The notes beneath the pieces are model-generated. The model searched no databases. It was not told the origin of the DNA and saw only the letters and a list, made by a program, of their open reading frames with translations. The position numbers and the translations under genes were made by a program. Positions 57,600 through 64,000 of a stretch of 64,000 bases of DNA are shown here, one piece after another (position 1 is the first letter of the stretch; each line of letters opens with the position of its first letter). Origin of the DNA: Candidatus Latescibacterota bacterium (lineage in GTDB: Bacteria > Latescibacterota > UBA2968 > UBA8231); contig OZ220089.1 of assembly GCA_964291625.2 (NCBI GenBank), positions 608,001 through 672,000 of the forward strand, in the 5' to 3' direction.

Positions 57600-58760
57600 C
57601 TAGAAGTAGGTAGCGGCGCTGAAGAGCAGGGCCGCCCCCCGAACCTCGTTGTTCAGACGATCCCGCGTGCTCTCGCGCTGATAGTCCAGCTTGAAGACCG
57701 AGTCCGGGTGGGGACGGAAATTCAACCCGTACGTCAGGCGGCGCCGGCTGTCCCCCGCGGCGTCGGCGTCGAAGTCGACCCTTCCGTAGCGGAGCACCCC
57801 GGTGCACACCGACTCGGGAAGAGCGGAGAGGATCCCCCGGGCAAAGTGGGCGTTGGCCTGTATGTAGACCCCCGCCTGGCTCTCCTGCAGCAGGGCCATC
57901 TCCGCCGGCACCTCGATCGCGGCCCTCGCGTACTCGCCCAGCAGTTCGAGGCCGCGCCAGGATGCGTCCCAGTCCAGGGCCCAGATCGTCAGCCCGCGAG
58001 CGGTGTCGATGGCCAGACCATCCGCCTCCCACTCGTTGTAGGGACCCGTATGCAGGGATACTCCCAGCTCCCAGGCCGTCCGGGGACTGACGGCGAGGCG
58101 CCCGACCAGGGAAGGGCGATTGTTGTTGTCGGTGAGATTGCCCCTGCCCTCCGGGATCCTCGTGCCGTCTCCGCTGGCTTCTATCACCCCTTCGTCGAAC
58201 CCGTTCACAGCGTAGAGCTCGTAGGTGATCCGGGACGAGGCCCTCGGGTACCAGGCGCCATAGACGCCCATCCCCGCCTCCGACAAGGCCGTCGGGATGA
58301 TCTCGGTGCTGACCAGGGGCCGGTCCGTCAGATCGTTGGCCGGGCTGTCATGTGAGAGATTGAAACGCCCCAGGGGGGAGAGGATGATGCCGCCCCGGAA
58401 GGTCAGGGCCGGATGGAGCTCGAAATCGAGGACCGCGATCTCGAGCTTGATCTCCTCCCCGCCTTCCTCGAACTCGAGCTCCGAGGCCACCCGCAAGCGC
58501 TCGGTTACGGGCGTGTAGGAGAACAGGTTGAAGCGCTCGGCCACGAAGGAGAGTTCCTCGGTGATCCCGTCCTTCCGCCCGTAGCGGAGGTGGACCTCGG
58601 AATAGCCGCCGATGCGGGTCCGGCCCGGCCGGGCGCTCATGAAGGGCTTGTCACCGATCCCTCCCTCGACCAGGGGCCGCTCCTCCGCTGCGGCGCCGTC
58701 GGTCCACCAGAGAATCGCGCAGGCCAGAGAGGGGATCAGGGCCTTGCTGCCGTCGCGCAT
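57600..58760 (-). CDS. Outer-membrane porin-like beta-barrel protein
   Basis: Signal peptide, RIGGYSE, SELEFE, FKLDYQ, C-terminal ATYF. Confidence 0.75.
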   Translation of the reverse strand: MRDGSKALIPSLACAILWWTDGAAAEERPLVEGGIGDKPFMSARPGRTRIGGYSEVHLRYGRKDGITEELSFVAERFNLFSYTPVTERLRVASELEFEEGGEEIKLEIAVLDFELHPALTFRGGIILSPLGRFNLSHDSPANDLTDRPLVSTEIIPTALSEAGMGVYGAWYPRASSRITYELYAVNGFDEGVIEASGDGTRIPEGRGNLTDNNNRPSLVGRLAVSPRTAWELGVSLHTGPYNEWEADGLAIDTARGLTIWALDWDASWRGLELLGEYARAAIEVPAEMALLQESQAGVYIQANAHFARGILSALPESVCTGVLRYGRVDFDADAAGDSRRRLTYGLNFRPHPDSVFKLDYQRESTRDRLNNEVRGAALLFSAATYF

Positions 58761-58766
58761 GTTCCT

Positions 58767-59180
58767 CTATCTCACGGAGGCATGGATGGTTAAGCGATCT
58801 TCGGATACCGCCACCCGGTAGCTGGTGAGCGGCTTCTGGGCCGGCCCGCGCACCACCGCCCCCTGCCGGTCGAAGGTCGAGCCGTGGCAGGGGCAGACCA
58901 GGAACTCTCCCCCCGGCCGCACCTGGCAGCCCAGGTGGCTGCACGTCGTACCCAGGGCCCGCAGCGAACCGTCCTCGAGGCGCAGGAGGGCGATCTCCTC
59001 CACGAGGCCTGAAGCCCGTACCCGCACCGCATTCCCCTCCCCGAAGGTGCTTTCCACTTCGCCCCGATCCAGCTCGATGGCGCCGCCTTCGAGGGTTGCC
59101 AGGTAGGTCGGCAGACCCGCACAGCCGCACAGGCCCACCAGGCCGGCGCCCAGGCGCCCGAGCGCCTGCCGGCGGTCCAT
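58767..59180 (-). CDS. Rieske [2Fe-2S] protein with Tat-like signal
   Basis: MDRRQAL; CSHLGC..CPCHGSTFD..GPA. Confidence 0.9.
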   Translation of the reverse strand: MDRRQALGRLGAGLVGLCGCAGLPTYLATLEGGAIELDRGEVESTFGEGNAVRVRASGLVEEIALLRLEDGSLRALGTTCSHLGCQVRPGGEFLVCPCHGSTFDRQGAVVRGPAQKPLTSYRVAVSEDRLTIHASVR

Positions 59181-60424
59181 CACAGCGACCTCACAAAGGC
59201 CGCCACGGCCTGCTGCTCACCTGAATCGAGCGCCTCATAGCGCTCTCTCGGCCCTTCGGCCTCTCCGCCGTGCAGGCGAATCGCCTCGTCCACCGAGCGG
59301 GCCCGGCCGTCGTGCAGGTAGAACTCCTCGCCATCGAGAAAGTCGCCGACCAGGCGCGTTCCCCACAGCGGGGCCGTGCGCCATTCGCGGCCCGTGGCGT
59401 CTCCATCCGGCCGGTAGTCGGCCAGGTCTGCTCCCATGTCGTGCAGGAGCAGGTCCGAGTAGAGGTGGACGTCGACCGCGCTGAGCCCGGGTATGGGACC
59501 GGGCCCGGTCCGCATCGCCGGCACGTGGCAGCTGGCACAGCCTATCCGGCCGAACAGTTCCTCGCCGCGCAGCACTGCGGCCGTCTGTGGGCCCCGGGCC
59601 GGCGGCTTGAGCAGCCGCACGTACATGGTCGTTTCCAGAACCGTGGCGGCCGGGACCTCCGGATCGGCCACCCCGTCGCCCAGGGCCACCCCCCCGCCGG
59701 CCTGGGGATGCGTGTTCTCAAGGGGGATGAAGTCGCTGGTGATGCCCATGTCCTGGTGATAGGCCAGCGCCACCTGCTCGATCAGGGAAGAGACCTGGGC
59801 CTTGCGCGAGAAGCGGCCCAACTGGGGCCCGTCGCCGCCCCCGACGTGGTGAGAGGGAACGAAGTCGGGGGGGGTCACCCAGTGCGGGCGCCCCGAGATC
59901 CCGTCTCCGTCCTCGTCGTCCGGGTCGGCGTGGGCCAGGATCGCCGCCGCGGGAATCGCCTCGATGAGCCCTGCCCCGAACACCGGGGGCGGCATGCGGA
60001 AGGATACCTCGACCCCTTCGGGAACCCGCTCGGGGGGAATCCCCGCGATCGCCTTGTCCTGGTGCTGAGGTCCGCCGATATCCACGGCCGGGTCGGTCCC
60101 GCGACTGAAGCGGGTGAACCCCCGGTCCGGCGTGCCCCGGCCATCGCCGGGATGGCACCCCTCGCAGGACACGTTGTTGAAGATCGGGCCCAGGCCCTCG
60201 GCGACGGCAAACGCTTTTTCGAAGTTTTCGTCCCCTGCGACAAAGGCGGCGTTCAGGTCGCGGGACAAACCCTCCGGGGGGGACTCGAAATCGTCGCCCG
60301 CCGTGGGGAGCCGGGTCATCATCGCATCGCATCCCAGCCAGGCCATCCCGAGCAGACCCGCGAGGACGGGCCAGTGGATCGCGGTCGTCGTGCAGACCCT
60401 CTCCGGAAGCCGTATTAGTCTCAT
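59180..60424 (-). CDS. Di-heme oxidoreductase (DHOR/DUF1111-like) putative lipoprotein
   Basis: Two CxxCH (CEGCH, CASCH), GLGPIFN, DEDGDGISGR, YSDLLLHDMG, WRTAPLWG, LHDGRA; WLGC lipobox. Confidence 0.88.
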   Translation of the reverse strand: MRLIRLPERVCTTTAIHWPVLAGLLGMAWLGCDAMMTRLPTAGDDFESPPEGLSRDLNAAFVAGDENFEKAFAVAEGLGPIFNNVSCEGCHPGDGRGTPDRGFTRFSRGTDPAVDIGGPQHQDKAIAGIPPERVPEGVEVSFRMPPPVFGAGLIEAIPAAAILAHADPDDEDGDGISGRPHWVTPPDFVPSHHVGGGDGPQLGRFSRKAQVSSLIEQVALAYHQDMGITSDFIPLENTHPQAGGGVALGDGVADPEVPAATVLETTMYVRLLKPPARGPQTAAVLRGEELFGRIGCASCHVPAMRTGPGPIPGLSAVDVHLYSDLLLHDMGADLADYRPDGDATGREWRTAPLWGTRLVGDFLDGEEFYLHDGRARSVDEAIRLHGGEAEGPRERYEALDSGEQQAVAAFVRSL

Positions 60425-60435
60425 CTTAAGATTGT

Positions 60436-60451
60436 TTTAGTCAAGGCTAAA
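60436..60451. promoter_or_regulatory. AT-rich palindrome TTTAG-N6-CTAAA, candidate metal-regulator site
   Basis: tttagtcaaggctaaa in an AT-rich patch directly upstream of the di-heme gene. Confidence 0.45.
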
Positions 60452-60605
60452 TCAGATTACGGCACAGACCGGCCTGAAGCAAGGGGAAAGATCCTGGCGG
60501 CCCTGACCGGCCCGGCTTCGCCCGCCGGGTCCGCCGTTGCCGGGAGCCCGGAGAAGGCGTTCATTCCCGGAGACCCCTCCCCAGCTCCCGTCCGCCGAGG
60601 ATCCC

Positions 60606-61175
60606 TTGCGCATCGTCACCGGCAGCCTGCGAGGCCGCAGGATCCCCGTCAGCTCGAGCCGCCAGGGGGACATCGGCGTCACCTCGAGCCGCCTGAAGGA
60701 GGCCCTCTTCGACCGCCTCGGTCCGTCCCTGGAGGGGATCGCCTTCCTCGACCTGTGCGCCGGCTCCGGCCAGATCGCCCTGGAGGCGTACAGCCGCGGC
60801 GCCCGGGTGACCGCGGTGGAGCCCGACCGCCGGCGGCGCGAGGCCCTGCGCCGGCTCATGGAGAGCTGGGGCGTCAACCACCTCGAGCTGCTGGGCGGCC
60901 GCGCCCAGACGGTGATGAGGACGCTGGCCGCCGAGGGCCGGCGCTTCGACGTGGTCTACCTCGACCCGCCGTACCGGGCGCTGCACAACGGCCGCCCCCT
61001 GAGCCAGATCCTGCTCGCCGCCGCCGGCCGCTCGGGGATCCTCGCCGGCGGCGGCCGGCTCCTCGTGCAGCACCCGAAGAGCCTGGAGCTGCCCGAGTCC
61101 CCGGAGGGGCTGCGGCGGGTCGACGCCAGGCGGCACGGGACCACCGGGCTGAGCGAGTACCGCCCGGCCTCTTGA
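60606..61175 (+). CDS. rsmD: 16S rRNA m2G966 methyltransferase RsmD-like
   Basis: LRIVTGSLRGRRI, RLKEALF, LDLCAGSG..LEAYSRGA, VYLDPPY. Confidence 0.88.
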   Translation: MRIVTGSLRGRRIPVSSSRQGDIGVTSSRLKEALFDRLGPSLEGIAFLDLCAGSGQIALEAYSRGARVTAVEPDRRRREALRRLMESWGVNHLELLGGRAQTVMRTLAAEGRRFDVVYLDPPYRALHNGRPLSQILLAAAGRSGILAGGGRLLVQHPKSLELPESPEGLRRVDARRHGTTGLSEYRPAS

Positions 61176-61207
61176 CCCCCCTGTCGCCGGAGCTATCCTA
61201 GTCGGCC

Positions 61208-62065
61208 ATGGAGTTCACCCCCCTCACCGACCAACAGCGCCAGAGCTTCGACCGCGACGGCTTCCTCGTCGTGCCGGGGGCCCTGCCCGACGACCTGCTG
61301 CAACGGCTCGAGGCCGCCTGCGACCGCCTCTACGCCGAGGGCCGGGCCGCCGAGGGCCTCAACGACCGCGGCTTCTGGCAGATGCGCAACTGCCTGCCCC
61401 GGGACGACGCCTTCGTCGAGCTGCTCGACTGCCCGGCCACGGTCCCCCTCGTGGTTCAGCTCCTCACCCACAACGTGCAGCTCATCACCTCGCACCTCGT
61501 GGTGCGCCCGCCGAACGCCGACGGTCCCGGGGGCGACCACAAGGTCTCGGGCTGGCACCGCGACGGCGGCACCTCGCCCAGCGACCTGGGTCTGGCCCAG
61601 CCGCGCATGTTCATCAAGATCGCCTACTGGCTCTCGGACCTGTCCGAGCCCGGACGGGGCGCCATCCGCCTGCTGCCGGGAAGCAACGACACCTCCATGC
61701 CCAAGCCCGATGGCGACGCCGACGGCGAGCACCTCGAGATCCGCGCCCGTCCCGGCGACGCCGTGCTCTTCGAGAACCGCACCCTCCACGCCGTGGGCGA
61801 CAACTACTCGACGATCACGCGCAAGAGCGTGTTCTTCGGCTACGGGTACCGGTGGATCCGGCCCATGGACTACAGCGCCCACTCCGAGGAGCTGCTGGCC
61901 CGCTGCGACCCCATCCGCCGGCAGCTGCTCGGCGACAGCTCCGGCCCCATGGGCTTCCAGCTCCCCGAGCAGGGTGAGGTGCCGCTCAGGGAGTGGCTCG
62001 CCGAGCACACGGGCGAGGTCGTCTCGGCCCGGGCCGAGACCCCCGGCGTCTTCGCCACCCGCTGA
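61208..62065 (+). CDS. PhyH family Fe/2OG dioxygenase
   Basis: FDRDGFL, WHRDGG, LPGS, GDAVLFENRTLH. Confidence 0.88.
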   Translation: MEFTPLTDQQRQSFDRDGFLVVPGALPDDLLQRLEAACDRLYAEGRAAEGLNDRGFWQMRNCLPRDDAFVELLDCPATVPLVVQLLTHNVQLITSHLVVRPPNADGPGGDHKVSGWHRDGGTSPSDLGLAQPRMFIKIAYWLSDLSEPGRGAIRLLPGSNDTSMPKPDGDADGEHLEIRARPGDAVLFENRTLHAVGDNYSTITRKSVFFGYGYRWIRPMDYSAHSEELLARCDPIRRQLLGDSSGPMGFQLPEQGEVPLREWLAEHTGEVVSARAETPGVFATR

Positions 62066-62139
62066 GCCCCCTCCCCGAGGCCTGCTCCCCACGCCGGTCC
62101 CGGATTCCCGGGCCCGATCCGCGCCACCCCGGACCTGCC

Positions 62140-62919
62140 ATGCGCTTCCGCCCCTGCATCGACCTCCACGAAGGACGGGTGAAACAGATCGTCGGCGGCA
62201 GCCTGCGCGAGGGCCGGGCTCCGCGGACGAACTTCGACGCCGGGAGGCCCCCGGCGTACTACGCGGACCTCTACCGGCGGGACGGCCTGCCCGGCGGCCA
62301 CGTGATCATGCTCGGCCCGGGGAACGAGGCCGCCGCCGCCGAGGCCCTGGCCGCCTTCCCCGGCGGCCTGCAGGTGGGCGGCGGCATCGACCCCGCCAAC
62401 GCCGCCGCCTGGCTGGACCGGGGAGCCGCCGCGGTCATCGCCACCTCCTTCGTCTTCCACGGCGGCAGCTTCCGACCCGAGGCCCTGCGGGAGCTGTCCG
62501 CGGCCGTGGGCCGCGAGAGGCTGGTCCTCGACCTCAGCTGCGCCCCCCTGGAGGACGGCCGCTACGTGGTCGCCGCCGACCGCTGGCAGCGCCTGACCGA
62601 CTTCGAGATCACCGGGGAGGGACTCGAAGGCCTGGCGGCGTACTGCTCGGAGTTCCTCGTCCACGCCACCCAGGTGGAGGGCCTGCAGGAGGGCGTGGAC
62701 GAGCGCCTGATCGCCCTGCTGGCCGAGGTCTCCCCCCTGCCCACGACCTACGCCGGCGGGGTCCGCTCCCTGGCCGACGTGGACCGCATCGCCGAGCTGG
62801 GAGGCGGCCGCCTCGACTTCACCGTGGGCAGCGCCCTGGACCTGTTCGGGGGTTCGGGGGTGAGGTACGCGGAGTTGGTGGAGCGGGAGGGGAGGCGCCA
62901 AGGTGCCTGGAACCAGTAG
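62140..62919 (+). CDS. hisA: ProFAR isomerase, eukaryote-type (His6-like)
   Basis: FRPCIDLHEGRVKQIVGG, HVIMLG, LVLDLSC, EFLVHA..VEG, TYAGG, TVGSALD. Confidence 0.9.
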   Translation: MRFRPCIDLHEGRVKQIVGGSLREGRAPRTNFDAGRPPAYYADLYRRDGLPGGHVIMLGPGNEAAAAEALAAFPGGLQVGGGIDPANAAAWLDRGAAAVIATSFVFHGGSFRPEALRELSAAVGRERLVLDLSCAPLEDGRYVVAADRWQRLTDFEITGEGLEGLAAYCSEFLVHATQVEGLQEGVDERLIALLAEVSPLPTTYAGGVRSLADVDRIAELGGGRLDFTVGSALDLFGGSGVRYAELVEREGRRQGAWNQ

Positions 62920-62966
62920 GGGCCTCACACACAGCGCGGCTGTGAGATCGGTTCAGAAGCAATCGC

Positions 62967-62995
62967 TTGCATGGGCCACCCTTGGTCGGTAGTGT
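62967..62995 (+). promoter_or_regulatory. Putative sigma70 promoter of the cas operon
   Basis: TTGCAT-17 bp-TAGTGT, 55 bp upstream of the cas7 ATG. Confidence 0.5.
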
Positions 62996-63050
62996 GGTCC
63001 CCGAAGTGCCGCCGAAGTAGCAATCAGTCCACCGAATGGGAGATGGCCAC

Positions 63051-64000
63051 ATGGCTCGTACGATCAACCTCGAAGCGCTGCTGAAGGGCTGCGCCGACGA
63101 TTCCTTCGACGATGGGATCTGCATCGACACGCAGCTTGAGCCCCTGTCCGGCCCCGGGGGCATGGTGAAGCCCGCCGTCTACGAAGGGGGTACATACCAG
63201 ACGGACCGGCGTTGGGCTTCGCCTGACGACGACGGGCCGACTCCGGTGATCGTGATCGACAACGTGCCGTCGCAGGCCAACCGCCTGGAGGAAGCCCTCC
63301 GCCGGGACTCCGCGACGCCTGTTCCGGAGTTCGTGCTCGATCTGACCGGTTTGCCCAACATGCCCGCCCATCTGCCGAGACGTCTTTCGAGCCTGGAGTT
63401 TCCCCATCGCAACGCTGACGCCTATCTCCGGGATGCCAAGCTCGACGACCAGGACTTCATCAGGACCGACCTCGGCCGAGAGATCTTCGCAGCCACCGCC
63501 CACGAGTGCGGGCCCCTGATGGCCTGGTTCCCGCAGGCGTTGTTGTACGGATTCTGGCAGTCGCACCTCGGCAAGAAGCGCCACAATACCAAGCACGCTC
63601 GAGCCTGGGTCTCGGAGATCCTGGGCTGGAATCCGGCCACGACGGAAACCCGCGTTCTCGGACTGAAGGGCGACGCCCTGAACCTCAATACGGATGAAGC
63701 GATCACCTCCAACGAGGACGACCGCATCGAATGGGGAATCGGCCGGGAGCAGGGGATCGAGGGCGGCAAGAAGGACAAGCTCTCGGAGATCGGTCATGGC
63801 CAGGTGCCGTTCATGGGAGACGACGCCTCCGCCGCAGCCATCTCCTTCTCGCGCGTAACCCAGAGAGCCACCGTGTCATTTGCCCAGTTGCGACGAGTCA
63901 GCCTGGGACCAGACCGCAGCGAAGCCGATGCGGCGGCGCGCGCCCTTCTTGTGGCTCTCGGGCTGCACGCCCACCATCTCGCCTTTGGACGGGGCTTCGC
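63051..64000 (+). CDS. csb1: Type I-G (I-U) CRISPR-associated Cas7/Csb1 (3' truncated by window; absent from the ORF track)
   Basis: Hand translation: MARTINLEALL..VKPAVY..IDNVPSQANRLE..PHRNADAYLR..LLYGFWQS..KHARAWVSEI..LSEIGHGQVP..TVSFAQLRR; GGAGA RBS; no stop before the window end. Confidence 0.85.
   Translation, partial: MARTINLEALLKGCADDSFDDGICIDTQLEPLSGPGGMVKPAVYEGGTYQTDRRWASPDDDGPTPVIVIDNVPSQANRLEEALRRDSATPVPEFVLDLTGLPNMPAHLPRRLSSLEFPHRNADAYLRDAKLDDQDFIRTDLGREIFAATAHECGPLMAWFPQALLYGFWQSHLGKKRHNTKHARAWVSEILGWNPATTETRVLGLKGDALNLNTDEAITSNEDDRIEWGIGREQGIEGGKKDKLSEIGHGQVPFMGDDASAAAISFSRVTQRATVSFAQLRRVSLGPDRSEADAAARALLVALGLHAHHLAFGRGF

Noticed and set aside
55700-60700. IS, integron or prophage explanation for the accessory cassettes
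   Set aside because: No transposase, integrase, terminal inverted repeats, attC-like sites or tRNA target are seen
63024-63797. 257-aa minus-strand ORF
   Set aside because: Antisense to the Cas7/Csb1 frame, with no recognisable motifs
62920-64000. CRISPR array near cas7
   Set aside because: No regularly spaced repeats are visible here or elsewhere in the window

Overview
GC-rich bacterial chromosomal window, mostly core metabolism. The DUF4159 protein, two PhyH dioxygenases and Chlorobi-like ATP synthase c subunit suggest an FCB-group organism such as Ca. Latescibacterota (inference only). In order: 3' end of smc; PRTase, rmlC and a SEC-C protein; a frameshifted ECF sigma factor with an M42 peptidase; a ~26 kb minus-strand bioenergetic cluster; a fabF-like gene with bioBAFD; an AGCS symporter; aceEF-lpdA; a TPR lytic transglycosylase; an enolase-LeuB-like-PhyH-2x DmpA-mutY-DedA run; a tandemly duplicated accessory slot holding a Fic gene and a porin/Rieske/di-heme cassette; rsmD, PhyH, eukaryote-type hisA; and the start of a type I-G (I-U) Cas7/Csb1 gene that runs off the end. 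The bioenergetic cluster is nqrABCDEF-nqrM, then a highly divergent complex I-like operon (nuoA, CD, E, F, G, H, J, K, L, M, N), then atpZ/I/B/E/F/H/A/G/D/C and a prenyl synthase. The most striking observation is the complex I-like operon. It lacks nuoB and nuoI and has lost recognisable NADH/FMN, quinone-site and many proton-pumping residues, yet it keeps the NuoE/F/G Fe-S cysteines, full-length ORFs and tight gene overlaps. It sits between a normal Na+-NQR and an H+-type ATP synthase. All family assignments come from reading motifs by eye; no searches were run.
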